DNA of 64,000 nucleotides, taken from IMG/VR virus record IMGVR_UViG_3300028549_003662, positions 64,001 through 128,000 of that record. One strand, written 5' to 3'. A model generated the notes under the pieces. The model was not told the origin of the DNA, searched no databases, and saw only the letters and a program-made list of their open reading frames with translations. Each line of letters begins with the position of its first letter. Positions within the stretch are counted from its first letter, which is position 1. This stretch comes from a virus. Below, one piece after another: positions 17,213-25,819 of this stretch. Both the position numbers and the translations under genes were made by a program.

Positions 17213-17836
17213 TTAAGCTCCGTGGCGGTTCGCGGCTTCCCACAGCGGCTGCATGTTCTCCGTCGGCCCCTCAGCGGGTGTGGCTTCGCGCTTGTCCGCA
17301 GCGATGCGGTAGTGCTTGCGCTCCAGCGCCATGATGCGCCCGCTGTCGAACACCACCGCTCCGTACCCTGTAGCGACCGCATAGACGTTGCCAATCTTGT
17401 AGCCGAGCTCCAGGATCGAAGCGTAGATGGTGTCCCAGTTGGGGTCGAAGGCTGCGATCCTGGGAAAGGTTTCCGCGGGGTACATGAAGTTCGCTGCACC
17501 CACCGGGGACTGGCTGAACTCACACACCAGCCGGATGTTGGCCTCGCGCAGGAGGTTGTAAGCGACGGTGTTGTCGCCACCTCCGAGGGCCTCATCGAGG
17601 TGCTTGGAATACACGTTGTTCCAGAACGGCGGACGGTGCCGCGCCAAGATGATGATGGCGTTGCTCTTCCAGTTCTTCTTGTCGTGTATCGCGATGAGGT
17701 GGGTCTCGGCGTCGAACTTGGTGAACGCGGCGCCGACAAGCGTCAGCACGCGCTCCTGCGTGGGGTGCTGCGCCATCTCGGCGTAGAACTCCTTGCAGTA
17801 GAAGAATTGCTCGTAAAAGCGTTCAAAGCGCATCAT
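17213..17836 (-). CDS. Hypothetical protein
   Basis: AGGAG RBS at MMRFERF. Confidence 0.7.
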   Translation of the reverse strand: MMRFERFYEQFFYCKEFYAEMAQHPTQERVLTLVGAAFTKFDAETHLIAIHDKKNWKSNAIIILARHRPPFWNNVYSKHLDEALGGGDNTVAYNLLREANIRLVCEFSQSPVGAANFMYPAETFPRIAAFDPNWDTIYASILELGYKIGNVYAVATGYGAVVFDSGRIMALERKHYRIAADKREATPAEGPTENMQPLWEAANRHGA

Positions 17837-18108
17837 TTCTTGATCTCCTGTACGGCTTGCTCGCCCTTCGCTGTAAGGGCGATGTAATGGAAGGAAAAGC
17901 GGTAGTGCAGCGGCAGCATGATCCCCCCGGCGGCGATGAAGCCACGCTGGTTGAGAATGCTCAGCGTGCGGTGGCGGAACGGGAACCCCAACCAAAGCGG
18001 CTCCTTCCACTCCGCGCACAACATCACCGTGGCGGCATGCGTCTGCAAGTTGCGCGCGATGAAGCGCAAGGCGCGCAACTGCGTCACGGAGAACGACTTG
18101 GCGGTCAC
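17833..18108 (-). CDS. Small winged-helix-like protein
   Basis: TQLRAL...LSILNQRGFI...ALTAKGEQAV. Confidence 0.6.
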   Translation of the reverse strand: MTAKSFSVTQLRALRFIARNLQTHAATVMLCAEWKEPLWLGFPFRHRTLSILNQRGFIAAGGIMLPLHYRFSFHYIALTAKGEQAVQEIKK

Positions 18109-18554
18109 GTCCGCACCATATCCTTCAAGTTTATGGCGGCCGTCTGCTTCACACAGGGGAGGATGAGCTTGGCGAAGCTGCGGCCGGTCTTCGTGCACAC
18201 CTTCGCCGTCATCGTGGCGTGGTTGCCCTCCATGTCCTCGACACCGATCTCCAACTCCTGCAGCGCAGGGTAGAAGACGCAAGAAAGGAGGAACTCAGGC
18301 CGCGTGTGGCGGTCAGTGAGCGCCAGGGCGTCTTCGAGGTCGATTTGCGCGTTGGACAGCGCGTCCATGCGCGCCCTGGGGACGCCCATGCCGTGCCGGT
18401 GCCGCGCCGTGACCTGCGTGAGCCGCGGAAGGAAGCGGTCGACCGCGTTCTCCAAGCTCTCTACGCGGCAGAACGGGCAGGGCTCGGCAGAACTCAGCGG
18501 CGTCCACGCGCGCGAGCACCGCGTGCAAGTAGTGTTCTTGCGGGTGGCAGTCAT
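18105..18554 (-). CDS. Hypothetical protein with N-terminal Zn ribbon
   Basis: CTRC..W...EPCPFC, same module as 7881-8618. Confidence 0.7.
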   Translation of the reverse strand: MTATRKNTTCTRCSRAWTPLSSAEPCPFCRVESLENAVDRFLPRLTQVTARHRHGMGVPRARMDALSNAQIDLEDALALTDRHTRPEFLLSCVFYPALQELEIGVEDMEGNHATMTAKVCTKTGRSFAKLILPCVKQTAAINLKDMVRT

Positions 18555-18566
18555 TGTAGAGCGCCC

Positions 18567-18881
18567 TCACTGCTTGTCGCCGGTGTTGTAGACCCGGCCT
18601 TCAATGAGGGACAGGCGAAACTCAAGTTCCTTGACGGTCTCGGTGTTGGCAGCCGTGGCGTTGACGGCTGTGGTGAGCATCTGCACGGACTGCATGTTGT
18701 TCGCAGACATGTGCTCCACCATAATTATGGAGCGGTAGCTGACCCAGATGGACAAGATAAAGGCGACCATAAACAACATGCCCAGGATGGTGCTCCATGA
18801 AGCATTCAGCTCACGCTTTGCGGCCATAACTCCCTCTCTGAATTTGATTGCTCTTACAAGGTACTTGCGCACATCGCGCAC
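18567..18881 (-). CDS. Single-TM membrane protein with coiled coil
   Basis: TM ILGMLFMVAFILSIWV; start may be at MAAKR. Confidence 0.6.
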   Translation of the reverse strand: MRDVRKYLVRAIKFREGVMAAKRELNASWSTILGMLFMVAFILSIWVSYRSIIMVEHMSANNMQSVQMLTTAVNATAANTETVKELEFRLSLIEGRVYNTGDKQ

Positions 18882-18884
18882 ACA

Positions 18885-19238
18885 TCAGGTTCGCTTTACA
18901 ATCACGTACGAACCGTCTTCAATCTCTAAAATTCGCCGTATACATACGTCGGCTTTTGAGATGTCAACATGCACGTTACAGCAGAAGATGTCAACCGTCA
19001 GTCGCTCAAATTCTGGAAAAGAATGGATGGAAATGTGTGATTCGCTGATGATGGCGATGGAGGTGACACCAATGGGCGTGAATTTGTGGGAGAAGACCTT
19101 GATGATCTTGCTTCCGATGGCATCGGAAATACGTTCGACAAGATATTCGAGAGCGGCGACGTTGTCGAGGGCGCGCAAGCTGCGCTGCGAGGCCGTGCTG
19201 ATGCGGTAGCTGCCGAGGAGGTTGTTTCCGATGGTCAT
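18885..19238 (-). CDS. speD: S-adenosylmethionine decarboxylase proenzyme (class 1b)
   Basis: HKFTPIGVT...ISESHISIHSFPE...VDIFCC; ES autocleavage site. Confidence 0.9.
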   Translation of the reverse strand: MTIGNNLLGSYRISTASQRSLRALDNVAALEYLVERISDAIGSKIIKVFSHKFTPIGVTSIAIISESHISIHSFPEFERLTVDIFCCNVHVDISKADVCIRRILEIEDGSYVIVKRT

Positions 19239-19250
19239 GTTGTTTCCGTG

Positions 19251-19322
19251 CTGGCGGGCAATAGGGAGTTGGATTGGGAAGGGGCTGACTTCTTTGTTTC
19301 TGCCGCGCCCATTGCCCGCCAG
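19251..19322 (-). promoter_or_regulatory. Long hairpin in the speD leader
   Basis: Perfect inverted repeat CTGGCGGGCAAT (19251-62) / ATTGCCCGCCAG (19311-22). Confidence 0.55.
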
Positions 19323-19327
19323 GTCGT

Positions 19328-19462
19328 TTAACCGAAGGCAGCGATGCCCAGGGCGGGGGTGAGGACGCGGTCCTTGTGCTCCTGCTGCTTGCCCTGGTTC
19401 CAGGCCCCTACGGGGCGGTAGTACCCGGTGACGCGAGCATAGGTGCCGGTGGTGCGAATCAT
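19328..19462 (-). CDS. Stand-alone NrdD glycyl-radical peptide (44 aa, not in the ORF track)
   Basis: Hand translation MIRTTGTYARVTGYYRPVGAWNQGKQQEHKDRVLTPALGIAAFG; GAGGT RBS. Confidence 0.88.
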   Translation of the reverse strand: MIRTTGTYARVTGYYRPVGAWNQGKQQEHKDRVLTPALGIAAFG

Positions 19463-19497
19463 CTTTTTACCTCTGACCATGATTGTAATCCCCTCCT

Positions 19498-19941
19498 TTA
19501 GACGGTTTTGCCAGTGCTGCCGAGGCCGCCAGCACCACGAGCAGTTGCGGGAAGCTCATCGACCTCTTCGAAGACACCCTGGGCGACGGGGACGATCATC
19601 ATCTGAGCAACGCGTTCGCCGTGCTCGACGCGGCAGCCGTTGGGGCGGTCGGTCCACAAACCAAGGGTGATTTCGCCACGGAAATCATAGTCAATGACGC
19701 CGATCTGGTTGCTCAGCTTGAGGCCTTCGTTGATCCCCTTGCCGCTGCGCACGGCGATGATGCCGACGTAGCCTTCAGGTATGGCGACGGCGATGCCGGT
19801 GCTGACCTTGATGGGGGAGCCCGGCATGATGTTCTCGCAGCAGCGGGTGAGGATGGCCTGCAGGTCGAAGGCGGCGCTGCCATCGGTCTTGTAGGTGGGG
19901 ATGACGGCATCGGCGTGCATGAGCTTGATTTGGATGTTCAC
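19498..19941 (-). CDS. dut: Trimeric dUTPase
   Basis: GSAAFDL, RSG, GVIDYDFRGE, RVAQ, RGAGGLGSTG. Confidence 0.92.
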   Translation of the reverse strand: MNIQIKLMHADAVIPTYKTDGSAAFDLQAILTRCCENIMPGSPIKVSTGIAVAIPEGYVGIIAVRSGKGINEGLKLSNQIGVIDYDFRGEITLGLWTDRPNGCRVEHGERVAQMMIVPVAQGVFEEVDELPATARGAGGLGSTGKTV

Positions 19942-20516
19942 TATTTGTCTCCTTCAATGGGTTTGATGACGTTGAGCCGCCATCCGTCGATGGCGAACTT
20001 GTCCTTGAGGAAGTCGAGGGTTCCGAAGCGTTCCGCGCGCGCCCCCATGTAGTCAACGACGCGAAGCTCCTTGTAGGTGGCGCTCTTGCAGCCGAACAGC
20101 ATGATGTCGAGCAAGCGCTGCCGGTACTGGCCAAGATTGCGGACGCCGTCATTGGTGGTCTTCACAGACAGCACGACGCTGTCGAAGACATCGCGGAATC
20201 CATTCAGGCCGTTCGTGTGCAGCGCCATGCTACGCCCCTCGGCCATGAAGTGGTCAGTGGCGGCTTGGAACCCTACAAGGTTCGCTGTGGGCTCGCCCCC
20301 GGAGAAGACGACGGCCACGCGGTTGCCCATCATGGCGGCGTCGGTCTTCTTCAGGGCGGCACTCACATCCTCAAGGTCGTACACGGGGCGCCCACCCACG
20401 ACGCGCTGGTTGTAGCAGTACGGGCAACTCAGGTTGCAGCCGTTGAAGAACAACGTGGCGGCCAAGCGGTTCGGGTAATCGACAAACCCGAAAACGAAGT
20501 CGTGGATGAACTTCAC
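19941..20516 (-). CDS. nrdG: Anaerobic RNR activase (radical SAM)
   Basis: GCNLSCPYCYN, FSGGEPT, LHTNG; adjacent to nrdD. Confidence 0.9.
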   Translation of the reverse strand: MKFIHDFVFGFVDYPNRLAATLFFNGCNLSCPYCYNQRVVGGRPVYDLEDVSAALKKTDAAMMGNRVAVVFSGGEPTANLVGFQAATDHFMAEGRSMALHTNGLNGFRDVFDSVVLSVKTTNDGVRNLGQYRQRLLDIMLFGCKSATYKELRVVDYMGARAERFGTLDFLKDKFAIDGWRLNVIKPIEGDK

Positions 20517-20518
20517 GG

Positions 20519-22900
20519 CTAGCCCTCCACGTGGTCGGGGTAGCGGAGGCGGAACGCTTCCACCTGTTCGTCACTGTGCTCGAAGGGGCAGAACTCGTGC
20601 GTGCCGGGTATGATGCGGCCGCAGCACTCGCACTTCGTGTACACGGGGCTCACAGAGAAGTACGGGATGGGGGTGCTGCACATCGCCACCACCATCGCCT
20701 CCACTCCGACGCCGTCCAGTTCCTCACCGGTGTGGAGGTGCACAACGGTACCTCCGCTCAGGATGGGCTGCAGCACGGACTGCGTGCGCAGCAGAAGGTC
20801 CACCTGTCCCTGCAGCTCCACCGGGATGTGGCAGGAGTTGGTGAGATAGGGGGCATCAGAGGTTCCGCGATGCGGGGCCTGGGGGAACACCTTCAACATC
20901 TTGATGGCGAGCTTGTGGGCGGCGGACTCCGCAGGTGTGGCTTCGAGGTTGAAGAGCTTGCCCGTCTTCTCCGTCCACTCCTCAGTCGTGGTGCGCATGT
21001 GCTCCAGGATCTTCGCCGCCACAGCCAGGTTGGCCTCTTCAAGGAAGGAGTTGTCGTCGCCGCAGATGTACTCCACGGCCTCCCAGAGACCCACGAAGCC
21101 GACAGTGGTGAAGAAGGTGCTGAAGCCGCGCTTGAAGTTGGCCTTGGCCATGCTGAAGAAGCCGTCGTCGAAGGCCTTCTCCACGATTCCGCGCTTCCAA
21201 AGCTGCTCGTCGCGCACCAGACCCATGACGCGGTCAAGCTGCTGGTAGAAGTGCGCGAGCCGTTTCTCGGTGGTGTTGTGGTTCTCGAACACGCTGCTCA
21301 GCATGGCCAGCATGGGGAGGTTGAGCGTCACCACCTGCAGGGAGCCGGTCTGGTCGGCGTTGCCGAAGAGGCCGCCCACGTGCTTTCTTATATTCTTTTC
21401 CGATATTTGCAAACGACAGCACATACTCCTTACATCTGCGGGGTTTATCTTCTCCCCGGCGCTGTGGCCGTTGATGTAGTTCTGGAAGTAGGGGTTGCCG
21501 AACTTCGCGCTCAGCGAGAAGACGAGATCCTTGAGGGGGTGGCGGAAGAAGGCCTCGGTGACAGAGATGGTGAGGACGGGGAAGGTGAAGCCGGTCCCCT
21601 TGCTGTCGCCGCGCATGAAGTTCTTGAGGATGGCTTCGGCGACGATGTTCTGCCACATCTCGATATCGCCGTAGGTGAGGTACTCGCCCTTGCAGGAGCA
21701 TTCGAAGGTGTTGGCACCCCAGCGTTCTTCGAAGGTCTGGCCGCCGACGAGGGGGCGACGATCACGCATGTCTTCAGGAATTGTCAATGATAACGTGATA
21801 TTACTGAAGGGGCTGTTTCCGGTAACGAACATTTTGCGTGTGCTGCCGGGGACATTGCGACGCGCAATGAATGTTCCGGTGTTCGTCGTGGGACACCAAA
21901 CTTTCCCTTTGTAGTGCTTACGCCGAACTTCCGTAACGGCGAACTCCCCGATAACATTGGGCGTGTAACGGGTGTCCGGGCGCTTAATCTTCGGAATGTA
22001 ATATGCGCCTCCGGCGCTTTCCAACTCTGCAGCTTCACGCACATACAGTTTAGTCAGGCCAGAATCGGTGTACACGACACGATGCTTTTCGGTCACAACA
22101 GATTCGTAGCCCTCTCCTGAGAAATGCAAAAGGTCGCCATCGTGGTCGTAGATGTTCACATGCGTGAGCTTGTCTGACGTGACAGTTCTTGTTTCGAGGT
22201 CGACAACATATATGGAGTCGCCAACACTGAGCTCGTCGTAGCGCTTCCACCCCTTGTGCGTCAGGCACTCGGTTTTCTCATCGACGCACTGGCCGCCATA
22301 GCGGGTATTGTAATTGAGATGAAAAATCATCTCCTGCATGGATTGATCGACTTCTTCGAGAGTCATCTTCATGGCCATCTCAGGAGTCATATCGAAGGTA
22401 TTGATGCGGGAGAGGAAGAAATCCAGGGCGTAGGGGCCGAGGAAGAGGTCAACATCGTTGAAGGCCTGGGCACCGGCGAACTCGTTGCTGCAGGCTCCGA
22501 TGTGATTGATGATGTGGTTGACGGCGCTGCGCAGGCGCTTGGCGGGGCCGCTGATGATGTTCCCGGCCGATATGCCGTCATGGAGGAGATTCTCTAGGCT
22601 GTGGCCGCTGCAGTATGGGGTCTTCACGCCCAGGCCGAGATCGTGGATGTGCACGGCGCCGAGCTCATGCAGGTCAGCGAGACCATCATGTCCGGCCTTG
22701 CGCATCTCCGAGAGGTAGTTGCGCTTCAGCGCCTCTTCACCGATCACCAGCAGCAGTCCCGCCGGGGAGAGATGGCTCATGTTGGCGTTTTCCTTGGCCA
22801 GCAGACCCTCGCCGAGGTAGTTGGCGATAATGGGGTCGATGTCGAGAGTTGGGCCTTGGGGTGAGGCCGTGCCTGTGGCCGAGCTTTGAAGCTGGTCCAT
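20519..22900 (-). CDS. nrdD: Class III ribonucleoside-triphosphate reductase, intein-containing and lacking the glycyl-radical tail
   Basis: HIHDL, PYC, AGAQA, FTFP, RSMCCRL, TGS..VVTLNLP, EATPAES, SGG; ends at the CECC...CP Zn site. Confidence 0.92.
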   Translation of the reverse strand: MDQLQSSATGTASPQGPTLDIDPIIANYLGEGLLAKENANMSHLSPAGLLLVIGEEALKRNYLSEMRKAGHDGLADLHELGAVHIHDLGLGVKTPYCSGHSLENLLHDGISAGNIISGPAKRLRSAVNHIINHIGACSNEFAGAQAFNDVDLFLGPYALDFFLSRINTFDMTPEMAMKMTLEEVDQSMQEMIFHLNYNTRYGGQCVDEKTECLTHKGWKRYDELSVGDSIYVVDLETRTVTSDKLTHVNIYDHDGDLLHFSGEGYESVVTEKHRVVYTDSGLTKLYVREAAELESAGGAYYIPKIKRPDTRYTPNVIGEFAVTEVRRKHYKGKVWCPTTNTGTFIARRNVPGSTRKMFVTGNSPFSNITLSLTIPEDMRDRRPLVGGQTFEERWGANTFECSCKGEYLTYGDIEMWQNIVAEAILKNFMRGDSKGTGFTFPVLTISVTEAFFRHPLKDLVFSLSAKFGNPYFQNYINGHSAGEKINPADVRSMCCRLQISEKNIRKHVGGLFGNADQTGSLQVVTLNLPMLAMLSSVFENHNTTEKRLAHFYQQLDRVMGLVRDEQLWKRGIVEKAFDDGFFSMAKANFKRGFSTFFTTVGFVGLWEAVEYICGDDNSFLEEANLAVAAKILEHMRTTTEEWTEKTGKLFNLEATPAESAAHKLAIKMLKVFPQAPHRGTSDAPYLTNSCHIPVELQGQVDLLLRTQSVLQPILSGGTVVHLHTGEELDGVGVEAMVVAMCSTPIPYFSVSPVYTKCECCGRIIPGTHEFCPFEHSDEQVEAFRLRYPDHVEG
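21815..22288 (-). mobile_element. Mini-intein (158 aa) in NrdD
   Basis: GGQ|CVDEKTECLTHKGWK...VTEKHRV...KVWCPTT...FIARR...VTGN|SPF; no endonuclease domain. Confidence 0.88.
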
Positions 22901-22972
22901 GTCGTGATGCTCCTTGTTGGGTTTACTGGGATACTTCCTGCCGTTTCAAGGTGGAATGGCAGGCACCGCTCA

Positions 22973-23001
22973 CTTATGTCTGTCGAAGGGAAAGAAGTCA
23001 A
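22973..23001 (-). promoter_or_regulatory. Putative promoter of the nrdD operon
   Basis: TTGACT-17 bp-CATAAG in the intergenic gap. Confidence 0.4.
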
Positions 23002-23021
23002 GTACGAAAAACGCCGAATGT

Positions 23022-23399
23022 TTACGCCTTGTCGGAGGTATTCGGTCTTTTACCATCACGGCGCTGCTGCGCCACTTCGGCCTCCTTGATCTCGCCATCC
23101 GTGGCACCAAGGTTCTCGCGCGCCATCTTCTTATACAGAATGTGCAGCGTCACCGGGCCGCCGAAGCCAGCCATGCCGACAACAAACTCCTTGAAGTGCG
23201 GAGCCAGGGGGCTGACGTCCATGAGCTTTCCCGCCATCAGGCCAGCGAACCCGCTGACGAAGAAACAGGAGAGGAGGGCGTAAAAGCTAGGGCGCCGGCC
23301 GCTGACGAAGAGATTCGCCAACCCACCAGTAACGCCCCAGAGCAATACGTCCAGGGCGTTCGTCAGTTCCTTTAACGGATTTGTGGTAAAGTCGATCAT
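23022..23399 (-). CDS. Holin-like protein (LydA-like)
   Basis: GGLA...SGFAGLMAG...GMAGFGG small-residue TM pattern with a charged C-tail. Confidence 0.65.
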   Translation of the reverse strand: MIDFTTNPLKELTNALDVLLWGVTGGLANLFVSGRRPSFYALLSCFFVSGFAGLMAGKLMDVSPLAPHFKEFVVGMAGFGGPVTLHILYKKMARENLGATDGEIKEAEVAQQRRDGKRPNTSDKA

Positions 23400-24025
23400 C
23401 AGCGTGCCTTCGCTAGCAGGTACAACCATGTACCGATGTACGCGAACCATGTGAAATTGAACAACCTTACTTTGTTGTACCGCGTTCTGATGTAGATGAT
23501 CTCAAGCAGCGAAATCGCAACCGCTGTACCGAACAGTATCCGCAAAACCAGCATTCCATCAAGGTCAAAAAAGGGTATGACGTGGTCGTAAACTACGTAA
23601 TTGAACCCGATTCCCAAAGCCGCGGCGTACCCCGCCAGCACCAGCTTGGGCTGCGCGTCGATATTCTCCTTCGGGACGTCCATGTCACAGGTGATGCAGG
23701 AGCTCACCATGTGGGACATGTACAGCCAGAGCAGCACGACTGTGGCCATTGGGCTCCACATGAAATTGATGTACGCATCCACTGGGTTGGCGAGCTTGAA
23801 GCCGATCTGACTCGCCACGTGCAGGCGCACGACAGTGATGGGGATCTGCGAGGCTACGTAGCACACGCCGAGGAGCATCACGGTGTGTGAGGAGTGTCCC
23901 TTGTTGAGGCTGGGGCGAATCCCCAGGGCGAGGGTGGCGGCAACGAGGACAGCGACACCCAGGAGGTGCACCGTCAGGAGGTACTGGTAGGTGTACGCAC
24001 AGATCATAATGCCAGGAGGGCACAT
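23399..24025 (-). CDS. Multi-pass membrane protein
   Basis: About 6 hydrophobic helices. Confidence 0.65.
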   Translation of the reverse strand: MCPPGIMICAYTYQYLLTVHLLGVAVLVAATLALGIRPSLNKGHSSHTVMLLGVCYVASQIPITVVRLHVASQIGFKLANPVDAYINFMWSPMATVVLLWLYMSHMVSSCITCDMDVPKENIDAQPKLVLAGYAAALGIGFNYVVYDHVIPFFDLDGMLVLRILFGTAVAISLLEIIYIRTRYNKVRLFNFTWFAYIGTWLYLLAKAR

Positions 24026-24336
24026 CGTCCGGTCTCCGCTGCTTTGCACTTTCGAATGCAGTTCAGGATGGCGATGTAGACGAGGAGAGATATGTGCTTG
24101 CAGACGAAGGGTACCCACCACTGCGCGTTGACTGGCATGATGAGGAGTTCCAGGCATTGCTTGACCTGGACGAGTGAGAGCAGGAACACAAGGCAGTAGG
24201 AGTAGTAGATGTGCGCGCCGGTGAAACGCAGCCTGTTGATGACCGGCCCGACGTACATCGCGAAAGCAAGCGTTACAACAGACAAAAATAGCAGATATGT
24301 CTGAACGGCTCTCGCCACTGCTTCTACGGTGTTCAT
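24004..24336 (-). CDS. Three-TM membrane protein
   Basis: GAGGA RBS at MNTVEAV; hydrophobic. Confidence 0.6.
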   Translation of the reverse strand: MNTVEAVARAVQTYLLFLSVVTLAFAMYVGPVINRLRFTGAHIYYSYCLVFLLSLVQVKQCLELLIMPVNAQWWVPFVCKHISLLVYIAILNCIRKCKAAETGRCALLAL

Positions 24337-24418
24337 AAGGTAGTCCTCTGATATGGCGTTTGGATGCTCACGAACGTACAGGCCCTCACCATAAAAAGCA
24401 AGGGCCTGCACGTGTCGT

Positions 24419-25045
24419 TTAGGCTTCGACGGTGGAGGCGCGGACGATCCACCCATAGCAGAAGTCTTCCTGCGTGGGGTCGTCGCGCATGATCTTCTTG
24501 TAGTGCTGCACGGCCTCGGAGCGCATCAGCGCCATGATGACGGTCTGTCCGTCGCCGCGCCTCAACACCACATCGAGGGCGCGCGCGGTTGCGGGACCGG
24601 GGTGGCCGTCAACAACCAGATCCGGGAACATCTGGCCATTCTTGTTCATGAAGTTCAACTGCTCCTGCAGGAAGCGCCCGGCGGTCTGCGCGGTCCCGGT
24701 GTTCACCGCGTACTGGAAGAGGTAGTAGGCGATCTCGTAGGGGATGTTGTCGCCCCCGAAGCCGTCCCAATACGAGGTCTTGTAGAAGCCGCGCACAGCG
24801 GCCATGAACGCAGGATCTGCAGCCAGCGCTGCCGACATCGCCTTGCACTGCGCGGGGGTGGGGTTCTCGTTGGGTACGCCGAGACGTGCCTTGAGGGTGT
24901 CAACGACGGCCCAGCCCGGCCAGTCCGGGTAGAAGCGGCGGGAGATGCCGAAGGCGGTCTCCTTGCCGCGGTCAGTGGGCCTGTTGCCGTACGCGCCCTC
25001 GGCGCCCATCAGCTTCGCATACGCGCGCTCGTAGTTTGCAGCCAT
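24419..25045 (-). CDS. Endolysin, glycoside hydrolase family 108 plus peptidoglycan-binding domain
   Basis: EGAYGNRPTDRGKETAFGI, FYK..YW, AVNTG, LVVDG..GPAT, GW..R. Confidence 0.9.
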   Translation of the reverse strand: MAANYERAYAKLMGAEGAYGNRPTDRGKETAFGISRRFYPDWPGWAVVDTLKARLGVPNENPTPAQCKAMSAALAADPAFMAAVRGFYKTSYWDGFGGDNIPYEIAYYLFQYAVNTGTAQTAGRFLQEQLNFMNKNGQMFPDLVVDGHPGPATARALDVVLRRGDGQTVIMALMRSEAVQHYKKIMRDDPTQEDFCYGWIVRASTVEA

Positions 25046-25049
25046 TGGT

Positions 25050-25343
25050 CTACTTCTCCTTGGGTTGCGCCTGCGCGGTGTAGCAGTTCAGCGCGCTGTC
25101 CTGGCGGGTTAGGAAGAGCTCAATTTCCGCCAGGTCGGCGGTGAGGGCAGCCACGTTCTCCTTGCTCCCGATGTGCCTGTTCTCGGAGAGATCAGTGAGG
25201 TTGAGCGTTGCCGGCCGCGGGCACAGCGTGTACGCCTGTTGCACCTCTATATGCGTCACCGGCGGGACTGTCGGTGTGGAAACGCACGCGGAGAGCATGA
25301 AGAATACGATTGATGTAAGCGACAGCGCGAATACTGCTTTCAT
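25050..25343 (-). CDS. o-spanin lipoprotein (Rz1-like)
   Basis: Lipobox LSAC, Pro-rich; overlaps the 3' end of the i-spanin. Confidence 0.75.
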   Translation of the reverse strand: MKAVFALSLTSIVFFMLSACVSTPTVPPVTHIEVQQAYTLCPRPATLNLTDLSENRHIGSKENVAALTADLAEIELFLTRQDSALNCYTAQAQPKEK

Positions 25344-25710
25344 TGTCCAGAACCTCCCCTTTTTGCTGCAGCGGCGCTGCTGGTGTCGATGTCATGCCCG
25401 CGATGAGCGCCTGCTGTTCGCCAATGCGCTCGCGGTAGGTGTTGATGTCGTGCTCCTGGTCCTTGACCTGCTTCTCCAAGGCCGCCAGCGCAATCTTCTT
25501 CTTGCCCTGGTCGTCCTGCAGGAGCCCGATCTGCGTCTCCTGCATAGTGCAGTTCTCCTGCATGTTGGCAATGGTGGCGTTCTGGCTGGAGATGATGGTG
25601 TCGCGGTTGGCGATCTGGATGTACTGCACGCCAATGTACGCCAGCATACCGAGCACGAGGAGCGCGGCAGCAATGTAGGGGATGTTCTTGACAGTCAAGA
25701 AGCCGAACAT
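25192..25710 (-). CDS. i-spanin (Rz-like)
   Basis: N-terminal TM followed by a long coiled coil. Confidence 0.75.
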   Translation of the reverse strand: MFGFLTVKNIPYIAAALLVLGMLAYIGVQYIQIANRDTIISSQNATIANMQENCTMQETQIGLLQDDQGKKKIALAALEKQVKDQEHDINTYRERIGEQQALIAGMTSTPAAPLQQKGEVLDNESSIRAVAYINRILHALRVRFHTDSPAGDAYRGATGVHAVPAAGNAQPH

Positions 25711-25714
25711 GGCG

Positions 25715-25810
25715 TCACCTCGCACCCGTGGCTTTGTCGCACAGCCAGTTCCACACCGTCACAGGGAACAGGACGATCTTCAGCCACAGTGGAAATTCCA
25801 TACCGGACAT
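25715..25810 (-). CDS. 31-aa hydrophobic peptide (not in the ORF track)
   Basis: MSGMEFPLWLKIVLFPVTVWNWLCDKATGAR with AAGGAGG RBS; fills the gap exactly. Confidence 0.6.
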   Translation of the reverse strand: MSGMEFPLWLKIVLFPVTVWNWLCDKATGAR

Positions 25811-25819
25811 GATTCCTCC

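Noticed and set aside
19463-20518. Group I intron separating nrdD from its glycyl-radical exon
   Set aside because: The interval is fully occupied by intact nrdG and dut, and the peptide has its own RBS and ATG.
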